Shown here one piece after another: positions 38,951-48,687 of a stretch of 64,000 bases of DNA. The position numbers and the translations under genes were made by a program. The number at the start of each line of letters is the position of its first letter. Positions within the stretch are counted from its first letter, which is position 1. Under the pieces are notes generated by a model. The model did no database searches and was not told the origin of the DNA. It saw nothing but the letters and a program-made list of their open reading frames with translations. This DNA is from Promethearchaeota archaeon (lineage in GTDB: Archaea > Asgardarchaeota > Lokiarchaeia > Sigyniarchaeales > SOKP01): contig JBHLME010000001.1 of NCBI GenBank assembly GCA_048938445.1, positions 1-64,000 of the forward strand. The letters are read 5' to 3'.

Positions 38951-39892
38951 ATGGAATATCTAAAAGAAGAAACTCAAGCTCAAAAACTACTTTTTACTGG
39001 ATTAGATAATGCTGGAAAAACTTCAATAATATTGACCCTTCAGAGAGAATTTTCGAAGTTTGCAATTCTCTCTCCAACTAAAGGGGCTCAGAGAAGGGTA
39101 TTCAGTTTCTTAGGAAAACATATCTCCGAATGGGATCTTGGTGGTCAAGAAAATTATCGTATCTCTTATTTAAGAAATCCAGATAAATATTTTGAAGGAA
39201 CAGAAATAGCTATTTACGTGATAGATACTATTAATAGGGATCGTCATGAAGAAGCTCTTAGCTATTTAAAAGATGTAATTGAAAAATTTGAGGAATTAGA
39301 AATAGAACCGCCCATTTTCATTTTCTTCCACAAATATGACCCAGTTATTGTTAAGACTTCAATTGAAGAACTGAATAATACATTAATAAAAATAAAACAG
39401 ACTATCAAAGAAGAAATTGATTATAAGAAAATTTATTATTATACTACTAGTATTTATGATAAACCGACAATAATTTCGGCAATGAGTGAAATCTTATTAA
39501 CCTTATATCCAAAATCAGAGTTGTTGCAGAGGACTATTGAAGAATATGTTAAAAAAGTTAATGGAATTGGTGGAATTGTTGTTGATGAAAACTCACTTGT
39601 AATCTGTACCTATTTCAGTGATGATGATTCAAAAGCAATATTAAATACGACCACCCCTCATTTTTTAGCTCTTCATGACAGTTTAAATTTAAGTATTAAG
39701 GGTACAACTACTTTACCTAATAATGATGAAATGTTAATACATCGATTTGAAAAATACTTTGTATTCAAGCCCATTCCATTAGACGATCAAGATATTAATT
39801 ATTATTTGCTCTTGTTAAAAGATTCTCCAGAATTTACAGAAAGTTATTTTGAAACATTTTCTAGCGTGTTAAAAGAAGTTCTTGCCAAATAA
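38951..39892 (+). CDS. Rag/Arf-like small GTPase with C-terminal roadblock/longin-like domain
   Basis: GLDNAGKT, PTKG, WDLGGQ, G4 HKYD, TSIYD; C-terminal GIVVDENSLVI. Confidence 0.85.
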   Translation: MEYLKEETQAQKLLFTGLDNAGKTSIILTLQREFSKFAILSPTKGAQRRVFSFLGKHISEWDLGGQENYRISYLRNPDKYFEGTEIAIYVIDTINRDRHEEALSYLKDVIEKFEELEIEPPIFIFFHKYDPVIVKTSIEELNNTLIKIKQTIKEEIDYKKIYYYTTSIYDKPTIISAMSEILLTLYPKSELLQRTIEEYVKKVNGIGGIVVDENSLVICTYFSDDDSKAILNTTTPHFLALHDSLNLSIKGTTTLPNNDEMLIHRFEKYFVFKPIPLDDQDINYYLLLLKDSPEFTESYFETFSSVLKEVLAK

Positions 39893-40082
39893 CTCCTATT
39901 TTCATTAATTATTTTTAAGATAGTTTTTTCTTGATTAACCCTATATATATGGTTAATGAAAAGTAATGAGAATTTCTTCATGTTAAGAGAACAACTTTCA
40001 ATTAATAATAATTATTGCTAAAATTAATAAAACTGAATTATTTCTAATATAATTGTAGATAAAAAAAAAGACGATATCATTA

Positions 40083-41282
40083 ATGAGAATTTGTAGTAAT
40101 TGTGGGGCAACCAATCATGAAGAAGAAGGAAGTGTTTGTAGAAAATGTGGTGCGTTACTTCCTGTAAGTAGGAGTAGTAGAAGGCGCCGAATTGAAATGC
40201 CTACCGATGAAGTGAAACAAAAAAAACCTACAATTTCTCAAGAGAAACCCCTTATTGAAAATAATCAAATTGCACGTAATAATCAGAAAGCAATACAAGC
40301 TAATCCTGAAGTAACTTTTTTTGCACCTCAAGAGAAATCAAGTGAGCCAATTAAACATCAATTTGATTTACAAGAAATTCCCTTACCAGAGGAATCTGCC
40401 GTGGAGGATTCCCAAAGTGAACTAGTTCAAATTCCAACGGTCAAATCTACAATTAAGACTCAAAAGAAATTTACTTCTGAAAGGCCTTCAGTGAAACAAT
40501 TACCCAGAGAGAATGGGATTAGTTTACAAGAAATTAAACCCCAACCGTATCAAGGCACGATACTAAAACCCACAGTTCCAAATTTACAAGAGAGTGCTAA
40601 TCAGTCAAATTCAAAAAATTACTCATCATTACCAGCATTAAAGCCTATACCACCAGGAAAGTCTCCAAATAAAATAAAGACTAAACAAACAAAACAGAAT
40701 GTATCAAAATCCAATAAAAATGTAACGTTACAAGCCACTGATAACATCGCTTCAATGCAAAAGCAAAAACAACTGGACTTAGAACAAGACATGATCAAGG
40801 TCTTAAAATTTCTTTCCAGTAAACTGAGTTTACCCGAAAAACAAACACTAGCTAAGGGTGAAATCCACGTAGAGAAAAAGTTAGAAAAACAAATAAAACC
40901 ATCCAGTTTAAATGAAATATTAAAAAGCTTGCTAACAATGGATAGGTATATAGAAGCTGCCGCCCTTTTAAAGACAGATGGGACTATTTTAGCTGCTGCA
41001 ATATCCACGAGAATCTCTGATTCTCTATTTGCCACAATTGGGCAAAACCTTTCCATGATTGGAACTGATATCATACATGGCCTTAGCGCAGGTGACTTAC
41101 AATCAATTTCAGTTCGCGGTACAAATGGAATCTTAGATCTAGCTCCTTTGAATAAGAATTCACCTATAGTAAAAGACATGATATTAATGATTTTTTCACA
41201 TCCGAATGTGAGAAGTGGAATGATTAATTTTGCCGTTAAGAATGTCGAGAAGCAGATAATCGAATTTTTAAACGGAAATTAA
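40083..41282 (+). CDS. Zinc ribbon + long disordered linker + roadblock/LAMTOR2 (MglB-like) domain protein
   Basis: CSNCG...CRKCG; Pro/Gln/Lys/Ser-rich linker; IEAAALLKTDGTILAA...I.VRGTNG roadblock pattern. Confidence 0.8.
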   Translation: MRICSNCGATNHEEEGSVCRKCGALLPVSRSSRRRRIEMPTDEVKQKKPTISQEKPLIENNQIARNNQKAIQANPEVTFFAPQEKSSEPIKHQFDLQEIPLPEESAVEDSQSELVQIPTVKSTIKTQKKFTSERPSVKQLPRENGISLQEIKPQPYQGTILKPTVPNLQESANQSNSKNYSSLPALKPIPPGKSPNKIKTKQTKQNVSKSNKNVTLQATDNIASMQKQKQLDLEQDMIKVLKFLSSKLSLPEKQTLAKGEIHVEKKLEKQIKPSSLNEILKSLLTMDRYIEAAALLKTDGTILAAAISTRISDSLFATIGQNLSMIGTDIIHGLSAGDLQSISVRGTNGILDLAPLNKNSPIVKDMILMIFSHPNVRSGMINFAVKNVEKQIIEFLNGN

Positions 41283-41299
41283 CAACAAAATAGTATTTA
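41250..41299 (+). repeat. 50-bp imperfect direct repeat, copy 1
   Basis: 43/50 identical to 42261..42310; covers KQIIEFLNGN-stop plus 17 nt of 3' flank. Confidence 0.8.
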
Positions 41300-41474
41300 T
41301 AGTAAAATTATTTTTTATTATTTTGATAAAGGATTGATTTAAACTATCGATGTTCAATCGACTTCATATCAATATTTTTTATTTGAATGTTTCCAGTTGA
41401 ATACATAATAATAAAGAATAGTTATTACATTTTCGTAAAAAACACTTAAATAATTATAAATAAAAATAATTAAT

Positions 41475-42293
41475 ATGGACAAAAATAAAATTAAAAATCT
41501 ATGGTTATTACTATTAACGAATTTTATTATTATATCACTAGCACACTTAGCTAGCTTTATTACTCTATATGAAAATGACCGAGAACCAGTAATTTTTGTT
41601 TATTGGATTTTTATAGTAATAGTGTTTCCAATACTCTTAATTATGATATTAATATTAATAATCAAGGTTTTTAACCATAAAATAATTTGGAAAAAAGCAT
41701 CAATTCAATGTATAATTATTAGTATTATAATTATAGGTTTTATCTTTTTTGAAATAATTGAATACTTATATATACCCACTTATGATACAGAGTGGATATT
41801 TATTAATGGATCGTACAGACCATTCCGAGTCTCTGTTTCTGAAAGGCCCCCACCGATAATTTCTACAATTTTTTTAATCTCAAGCATAGCTTCATTATTA
41901 ATCAGCAGTTATTATCTGGATATCTCGGAATTAACAGTTGAGATAATGGCATATCCCAAAAGATATTGTAATAATTGTATGATAAATGTCCTGCCTAAAA
42001 AAAAATTTAAATTTTGGATTTTTATAGTTCTACTGATTAGTACTCCTTTATTCGGGATTCCAGCAATAATTTATCCAATAGCATATATATTTATGAATAA
42101 GAAATGTCCAATATGTAAAGGGAAAAATTTTTCAGCTTATCGAGAAGATCAACCTGATCAATTACCATTTTCCCCTGATATTCAACAATCTAATCATAAA
42201 TTTTGTACAAATTGTGGAAATCTATTAATCAGTGGAGCATCTTTTTGTCCTTATTGTGGAAAACAAATTATTGAATTTTTAAACGAAAATTAA
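41475..42293 (+). CDS. Membrane protein with LITAF-like zinc domain and C-terminal zinc ribbon
   Basis: Four TMs, CNNC-hydrophobic stretch-CPIC, then CTNCG...FCPYCG. Confidence 0.7.
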   Translation: MDKNKIKNLWLLLLTNFIIISLAHLASFITLYENDREPVIFVYWIFIVIVFPILLIMILILIIKVFNHKIIWKKASIQCIIISIIIIGFIFFEIIEYLYIPTYDTEWIFINGSYRPFRVSVSERPPPIISTIFLISSIASLLISSYYLDISELTVEIMAYPKRYCNNCMINVLPKKKFKFWIFIVLLISTPLFGIPAIIYPIAYIFMNKKCPICKGKNFSAYREDQPDQLPFSPDIQQSNHKFCTNCGNLLISGASFCPYCGKQIIEFLNEN

Positions 42294-42310
42294 CAAAAAA
42301 ACAGTATTTA
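42261..42310 (+). repeat. 50-bp imperfect direct repeat, copy 2
   Basis: Encodes KQIIEFLNEN-stop plus flank, matching 41250..41299. Confidence 0.8.
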
Positions 42311-42312
42311 GA

Positions 42313-42633
42313 TTAAAGTAATCTAAGTTTTATACCTAAAGAAAAGTATAGAATTGTTGACATGATGACTATACAGCTGAATACGAAAATACATAATGTC
42401 CTTTCCAAACGTAATTTTCTATTCTTCTTAGAACGCGTGATGTAATAATATAAAGCAATTATGTTCATTCCTAAAGCCATCAGTAATAATATCATGCCTA
42501 TTATTAGCACTTCAAAAAAGAATAATGAATCGAATATCAAACTTGAAAAAATCAAAAATATCAATCCAAAATACAAGAATACTAACATTACATCCTTATA
42601 TTCTTGCCTTCTTTTTTCTGATATAAATATCAT
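42313..42633 (-). CDS. Small three-TM membrane protein
   Basis: Three hydrophobic segments; strong AGGAGG SD upstream. Confidence 0.65.
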   Translation of the reverse strand: MIFISEKRRQEYKDVMLVFLYFGLIFLIFSSLIFDSLFFFEVLIIGMILLLMALGMNIIALYYYITRSKKNRKLRLERTLCIFVFSCIVIMSTILYFSLGIKLRLL

Positions 42634-42791
42634 GTTAATATACCCTCCTTTTTTAATTATATATCTTGTTTTAATTTTTAATTACAACTACAATTGAAAA
42701 GTTAAAACATGGGAGAAAGAAGCGTGATAAGTGAATCGAGAGCGGAAATGTTTGAGTTCCATTTCATATTATTTCCTCCGGCAGGCTCTAA

Positions 42792-42896
42792 CTATAGTAT
42801 GAGCCCCACTATTACCAAGAAAACTGCTCCTAAAGCCATTAATCCCGACATGCCGAGGATACCCATGAGAATTTCATAAACGACTTTAGCTTTCAT
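42792..42896 (-). CDS. 34-aa hydrophobic peptide (not in the ORF track)
   Basis: MKAKVVYEILMGILGMSGLMALGAVFLVIVGLIL-TAG; GAGGTGA SD upstream; locally GC-richer than the flanks. Confidence 0.45.
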   Translation of the reverse strand: MKAKVVYEILMGILGMSGLMALGAVFLVIVGLIL

Positions 42897-43330
42897 TTTT
42901 TGGCAATTTCACCTCTATTATTTTTAAATTATTTGATCTTCAATATACAGATATATAATAGTATATTTAAATATTTCGGTCTTATATATCTATACATGCT
43001 AGCTTTAATATACATTTTTCATATTAATCATTCAAAAATACAAAAATCAAGTAAAAATAATTGTATCGAAATATTAAAATCTCATTTCTTTAATATTAAT
43101 ATATTTAACTTAAATATCATTAGAATTTGAGAGTTTAAATATAAGGATATTAATTAATTCAACAAATTTTAATGTATAAAGAGAATTATTTCATTAATCC
43201 TTAAAGGATTATTACGGAGCATCCCTCAGATATTATAAGAAAGTAAAGGTTTTAATTGAATTGATGAATCTTAAGAATTAGTTTATGTAAAATCGAATGG
43301 ATTAATAAACCATCCACGAGGCAAGAAATT

Positions 43331-44713
43331 ATGAAGAATCATTTAAAAAAGCGATGTATAATATTTTTTGGAACGACTTTAATTATATTATGTGGATTTC
43401 TGTTCAATAATAATGCTAATATTAAGATAAGTAAATTTAATTCTAATAATAATAATATTAATATTGCTTCACCTCCATCATTTGAGCAGTATTACACGTG
43501 GGGGGGTAGTGGTAATGATATTGGGTTTGGTGTGGCTTTGGATGCAGCAGACAATGTATATGTTTCGGGATACACAGAGAGTTTTGGAGCACTTTCTCAG
43601 GACATGTGCTTAGTGAAATTCAATTTAAATGGAGTGGAATGGAATCACACATGGGGAGGAAGTGGAGATGAGAGTGGAAACGATGTGGCATTAGACTCAG
43701 TGGGCAATGCCTATGTAGCAGGACAAACAAGTAGTTTTGGAGCAATTAATTACGACTTATGCTTGGTGAAATTCAATTCTACGGGGGTGGAATGGAATCA
43801 TACGTGGGGGGGCAGTGGAGATGATCATGGACGTAGTGTAGCCTTGGATTCGGGAAGCAATGCTTTTGTTTCTGGCTACACTGAGAGTTTTGGAGCAATT
43901 AATTACGATTTATGCTTGGTGAAATTCAATTCTACAGGAGTAGAATGGAATCGTACATGGGGTGGTGGTGGATATGATATTGGATTTGGTGTGGCCTTGG
44001 ATTCAGCTGGCAATGCATATGTTGCTGGATATACTGGGAGTTTTGGAGCAGTTAATAACGACTTATGTTTGGTGAAATTCAATTCAACGGGAGGCGTGGA
44101 ATGGAATTCCACCTGGGGAGGAGCTGGAACTGATGTAGGGCATGATGTGGCCTTGGACTCGGCAGGTAACGCTTATGTAGCGGGATATACATATAGTTTT
44201 GGAGCAATTTTAAGAGACTTATGCTTGGTGAAATTTAATTCAACGGGAAGCGTGGAATGGAATTATACCTGGGGAGGAACTGGGCATGATTATGGGGCAG
44301 AAGTGGTCTTAGACTCATCAGGCAATATATATGTAGCAGGATCTACAAACAGTTTTGGTGTGAATGGTTATGAGACATGCTTGATCAAATTCAATTCTAC
44401 AGGAGTAGAATGGAATCGCACATGGGGGGGTAGTGAAAAAGAAGAAGGGAACGATCTGGTCTTGGATGCATCGGGCAATATATATGTTGCGGGATTTACT
44501 GAAAGTTTTGGAGCAATAAATAGTGACATACTTTTAGTTAAATTCAGAATTCAATCATCTAACGATGGTTCGCAGATACCTGATATCTTGTTCTTCATAA
44601 TAATAGGAATTATTATTGGAGGTATCACGGGAGGTACAGGAATTGCAATAATAATCATAGTAGGTAAAATCCTTCCAAGAAAAAAAAGAGCTCGCGTCAG
44701 TAAGGCAACTTAA
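43331..44713 (+). CDS. Secreted beta-propeller (SBBP-type repeat) surface protein with C-terminal TM anchor
   Basis: Seven ~50-aa repeats WGG.G.D.G..VALDS.GN.YVAG.T.SFGA...D.CLVKFN; signal peptide; C-terminal TM + RKKR. Confidence 0.9.
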   Translation: MKNHLKKRCIIFFGTTLIILCGFLFNNNANIKISKFNSNNNNINIASPPSFEQYYTWGGSGNDIGFGVALDAADNVYVSGYTESFGALSQDMCLVKFNLNGVEWNHTWGGSGDESGNDVALDSVGNAYVAGQTSSFGAINYDLCLVKFNSTGVEWNHTWGGSGDDHGRSVALDSGSNAFVSGYTESFGAINYDLCLVKFNSTGVEWNRTWGGGGYDIGFGVALDSAGNAYVAGYTGSFGAVNNDLCLVKFNSTGGVEWNSTWGGAGTDVGHDVALDSAGNAYVAGYTYSFGAILRDLCLVKFNSTGSVEWNYTWGGTGHDYGAEVVLDSSGNIYVAGSTNSFGVNGYETCLIKFNSTGVEWNRTWGGSEKEEGNDLVLDASGNIYVAGFTESFGAINSDILLVKFRIQSSNDGSQIPDILFFIIIGIIIGGITGGTGIAIIIIVGKILPRKKRARVSKAT

Positions 44714-44807
44714 TCCATTATAAATAATTGTAACATCTCGAAGGGCGGTGATTGGACTTTTGAGGTTAATTAATTGAATTTTCTAACAAAAATTATTTTC
44801 TTTATTT

Positions 44808-45599
44808 TTAAAATAACTGTTTTTGAATAAAGAGCTTTTTTATTTCAATAGTTTTATACCAGTTGATATACATTGGCAATTCTTGAAGGAAAGCATTCAA
44901 GCGATAAATTCCGACGAGAGGGATCTGGTTATCATTCATTTTTACTCCGTTATCTTCCATTGTAATCATCATCGGAATCATTATAAAGGGCAATTTTACT
45001 TTATAGTTCATTCCTAATAATTCTTGTATTAGACTAGATAGTTTTTGAGGATTTTTTTTTAAAGCAATAACCCTACGAAGTTGATGATTTGCCGCTTTAT
45101 TGATTGCATTAAAAGAATCTTTATTTTTCCATTGTTTCGCATCTATAATTAACATGTATTTATCATGTATTCCAATAACATCAATTTCATACCTTTTTTG
45201 CTTAGTATTAGATTTAAAAGTTGATTGATCACTAAATCTAAAGTTTTTAATCACATGAAATCCATGTCTTGACAGAATTTCTTCTATGAGGGCTTCAAAT
45301 CCAGAATAATCTAATAAAATTGAGAGCTTTTTGATGTCTAAATTAATATATTTCATGCATTCGCAAATATATTGAATTTTATTAATTGATACATAAAAAT
45401 TTTTTGTATAATTCCCATCTTCAATTTCTATAAAGTTAAACTCATGTAAAAAATGGTCCAAATCAATTTTATTTGATATTTTACATAATACGGGAATCTC
45501 ATTAATTTGTTGCCAAACATCCATTACATTTCGGTCAACATTTTTAAGAATATGATAAACTTCTAAGAAAAAGCGTTCTATAATTTGAGGGGAATGCAT
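44808..45599 (-). CDS. PD-(D/E)xK nuclease (Mrr/NERD-like restriction endonuclease fold)
   Basis: FE.LI.E.L...GF, EIDVIG, IIDAKQW. Confidence 0.75.
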   Translation of the reverse strand: MHSPQIIERFFLEVYHILKNVDRNVMDVWQQINEIPVLCKISNKIDLDHFLHEFNFIEIEDGNYTKNFYVSINKIQYICECMKYINLDIKKLSILLDYSGFEALIEEILSRHGFHVIKNFRFSDQSTFKSNTKQKRYEIDVIGIHDKYMLIIDAKQWKNKDSFNAINKAANHQLRRVIALKKNPQKLSSLIQELLGMNYKVKLPFIMIPMMITMEDNGVKMNDNQIPLVGIYRLNAFLQELPMYINWYKTIEIKKLFIQKQLF

Positions 45600-45823
45600 T
45601 TACTTACTTAAGATTTTATTTGAAAATAAAATTAAGAGACACAAAATTTTTTAACTTTTGAGATGACTTTAAAAAATTAGGTGAAATTAAGGTTACAAAG
45701 GGATTATCATTACCAAAATTATATAAATTCGTTTCCTATTATTATTATAGATATTTTTTAAAATCATCTTGTAAATTCTTCTCTTTATAAATATTCAAAA
45801 TCATCCTATTATGTAATAGTAAA

Positions 45824-47242
45824 ATGGCAGACAGCAAAAAAGAACTCATAAAAAGCATAGTATTATCCATATTCGATGAAGAAGGGCCAAGTCCGATAGT
45901 CTACTGGCCAGAGAGCTTAGACGAGACATCAAGCCACCTGATTGCTATGAAAACTATTAGTTTATTAATGGGTGATGCTGTATATCAAGATGGAGAAAAT
46001 GTTGATGGGATAAATTATTTTGGAATATTACCTTTTCCAGATATAGGTTTAAATGGTTTAACTTACTTTTTTTTAATTTCTGATGAACGTGCTCGAGGTC
46101 AAGCAAAAGCAGCTACGATCACGATTTTAATAGATGAACGGAATAACAGCTTTTTCTATTCGAACATGAAATACCTCAGGATATTGCTCGATAAAACGGC
46201 GACTAATGTTCAAACTACACTTGAATTTGACAAATATTCAAGATACATGGACGAATTGCGTGAAGAATTAAATGAATTTACAAGTGAATTGAAGGATCCA
46301 TTTTTTTCAAATCGAAAATTAAAAATTATTATGGCTGGACTAGATAAAGCGGGGAAGTCCAGTTTCCTTAAGGGTGTAAAAAAAAAATATTCTGAAATCA
46401 TCAAAATATTACCAACAAAAGGAGTTGACAGGACAGAAGAAAAATTATTTGAGGAGCAAAATTCTCAGATCTCTATTTGGGATTTAGGTGGCCAAAAACA
46501 GTACAGAGATAAATATCTTGAAAATAGTAAAATTTATTTATATAATGTTGATTTAATTTTTTATTTAATTGACATTCAAGATACGAAAAGAATGGATCAT
46601 TCTTTAGAACTATTTAGAGATATCATTAACACTTTAAAGCAATTCGATGAGTATCCTCCTATAGTTATTTGTTTTAATAAATTCGATCCTGATATTAAAA
46701 ATTCAGATAAATTAATAAAAATCAGTGAACAAGCGACCCAAGAGATTAAAAAATATTCAGATAATTTCTTCATTAAAGTATTTCATACATCTATTTTTGA
46801 CCATTATTCTTTAATTACAGCATATTCTTTTGGGTTATCACAATTAAGTCCTAACCGAGAATTGTTTTTAAATCAATTGAGAAACCTAGCAAATCGAATT
46901 GATGCAGGAGCTTTACTATTAATTAATGATAATGGCATTATTCTTTCTAATTTTTCAAAGATCTCAGATAAAGTCTCTGATAAAGTATTTGAGATATCAG
47001 CACCTCACTTTCAAACTTTATATAAAACATTTAAAGAATTTAAATTATTGAAAAAAGACTTTATCATGTCTACAGGAATTACTGATGATTCTAAAAAAAT
47101 TGTATTTAAAAAAATAAATGTTGGAAAATATAACTTGTATTTACTTTTTTTCATAGAATCTGAATTTGGCATGGATAAATTAGACCAATTTTTACCAGAT
47201 TTCAGTCTAAACTTGACTGAACTGATGAAAACTTATCTTTAG
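45824..47242 (+). CDS. uDENN/longin-like + Arf/Rag-like GTPase + roadblock-like protein (paralog of 21929..23449)
   Basis: FDEEGPSP, GLDKAGKS, PTKG, WDLGGQ, NKFD, TSIF; shares LSPNR and VFEI.AP.F..YK.F with 21929..23449. Confidence 0.85.
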   Translation: MADSKKELIKSIVLSIFDEEGPSPIVYWPESLDETSSHLIAMKTISLLMGDAVYQDGENVDGINYFGILPFPDIGLNGLTYFFLISDERARGQAKAATITILIDERNNSFFYSNMKYLRILLDKTATNVQTTLEFDKYSRYMDELREELNEFTSELKDPFFSNRKLKIIMAGLDKAGKSSFLKGVKKKYSEIIKILPTKGVDRTEEKLFEEQNSQISIWDLGGQKQYRDKYLENSKIYLYNVDLIFYLIDIQDTKRMDHSLELFRDIINTLKQFDEYPPIVICFNKFDPDIKNSDKLIKISEQATQEIKKYSDNFFIKVFHTSIFDHYSLITAYSFGLSQLSPNRELFLNQLRNLANRIDAGALLLINDNGIILSNFSKISDKVSDKVFEISAPHFQTLYKTFKEFKLLKKDFIMSTGITDDSKKIVFKKINVGKYNLYLLFFIESEFGMDKLDQFLPDFSLNLTELMKTYL

Positions 47243-47275
47243 CATATTAAAAAAAAAAATAAAAAAAAAAGAAAA

Positions 47276-48553
47276 TTACCACGCACTTTTATTTCTTCTA
47301 TTTTTCTTGACTATTGCGGAAATTATTATAACCGAAACAACCACGGCCGCTCCGATAATACTTAAAATAATAATTAACGGTAACAATTTTAGCCAGTCAA
47401 ATGGTGGAAGCAAATTTGTATCAGTCACAGTTATGGTTAACATATAATTATCGCTCAGACCACTTGTATAGGCAGTATATAAATAGTTATATTCACTAAG
47501 ATTATAAAAATGGAGACTTCCATCATAATAAGGAAATGGAAACCACGCACCGAGAGTTTGAGTCATTCGAAGATAACTACTTGTTTTTACATAACTTGGA
47601 TTTTGAGGTTCACATTGGATCCATCCAACTGTAGGAATGTAATATTCAACCCAGGCATGTGCCAATAATTCTGTAAATGAATAAGTCCAAGTTTGGCCAA
47701 CATAAGGTTTATATCCCATATCTTGAACAATCATGAAACCACCTGCTTTGCGGGCGGGTATTCCTTGAATTCTCAATAAGGTTATCATTAATGTAGAATA
47801 TTCTGAACAATCCCCAGTCGCTTGAACTTGTGCCCAGAGAGCACCTTTCTCATCAGCACCAAGTTGATCATTATAAGTAATATGGCTACTCACATAGTTA
47901 ATTATTGCTTGAGCTTTATCGAATGGATTTGTATAACCACCAGCAATCACATTTGATACAATACTTAAAGTTGGATTGTCTCTTGGATAAATTGAATCTG
48001 ATTGATTACAAAAATAAAGAAACATATCATCTGAAGTGTTATAATCATTCATGGTAATGGGTAAACTAGAAAGATCTCCATATGTCACTTCATTTAATGT
48101 AATATTATACTTTTGGTCAAATGTAATCGATTGTCCTGTAGGCAATGCTGAATGATTGAATAAATCAAATGTATTCCCATATTCATCACGGATGACAGTA
48201 GAAGGTGTCTGACTTCCGACTACTTTACTATAGAGAAGTTGGCTTTCTTGAAAAGGACCGGAGTATTTTGATGTAGTAGAATTAGGTTGCAAATCATCAA
48301 ATCTAGGATGTCTCAGATAATAATGACCAGTACCACTTCCGGTTTGCGTGATTGAGAAATTTATTTCCACGTCATAAGTAACGCTTTGAGTGATCATGTA
48401 GTTAGAAACTCCCGCAGCAGAAGTATTTAAAGAATAACTTGAATTGTATATTGAGTATGATGAGACTTGAAAAATTGGAACAAAAAAGTTTGCAAAAATA
48501 GCAAAAATTAATAGAATACTTGATGCTATATATTTAGGTTTGATACTTTTCAT
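47276..48553 (-). CDS. Secreted transglutaminase-like cysteine protease domain protein with C-terminal TM anchor
   Basis: GDCSEYS, LLR..GIPAR, HAWVEYY...GW..EP; signal peptide and C-terminal TM + basic tail. Confidence 0.9.
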   Translation of the reverse strand: MKSIKPKYIASSILLIFAIFANFFVPIFQVSSYSIYNSSYSLNTSAAGVSNYMITQSVTYDVEINFSITQTGSGTGHYYLRHPRFDDLQPNSTTSKYSGPFQESQLLYSKVVGSQTPSTVIRDEYGNTFDLFNHSALPTGQSITFDQKYNITLNEVTYGDLSSLPITMNDYNTSDDMFLYFCNQSDSIYPRDNPTLSIVSNVIAGGYTNPFDKAQAIINYVSSHITYNDQLGADEKGALWAQVQATGDCSEYSTLMITLLRIQGIPARKAGGFMIVQDMGYKPYVGQTWTYSFTELLAHAWVEYYIPTVGWIQCEPQNPSYVKTSSYLRMTQTLGAWFPFPYYDGSLHFYNLSEYNYLYTAYTSGLSDNYMLTITVTDTNLLPPFDWLKLLPLIIILSIIGAAVVVSVIIISAIVKKNRRNKSAW

Positions 48554-48687
48554 TCTATCGTCTAATATTATTTATTATAGATTATAATATCAATAAAAAT
48601 TACTACTTTTATTCTTAATGTTTATCATTCTTAAAGGTGAATTTTTATTAGATTACTATCAATATGAAAAAACAATCACGATAAATT

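Noticed and set aside
42900-43130. 76-aa ORF from the track
   Set aside because: TTG start, extremely AT-rich, and overlaps the SD and promoter region of the opposite-strand peptide ORF; probably non-coding.
43480-44550. Regular repeats that could be mistaken for a CRISPR array
   Set aside because: The period is ~150 bp, in frame within a protein, with no unique spacers and no cas genes.
44808-45599. Restriction-modification or defence island
   Set aside because: A lone PD-(D/E)xK nuclease with no DNA methyltransferase or other defence genes adjacent.
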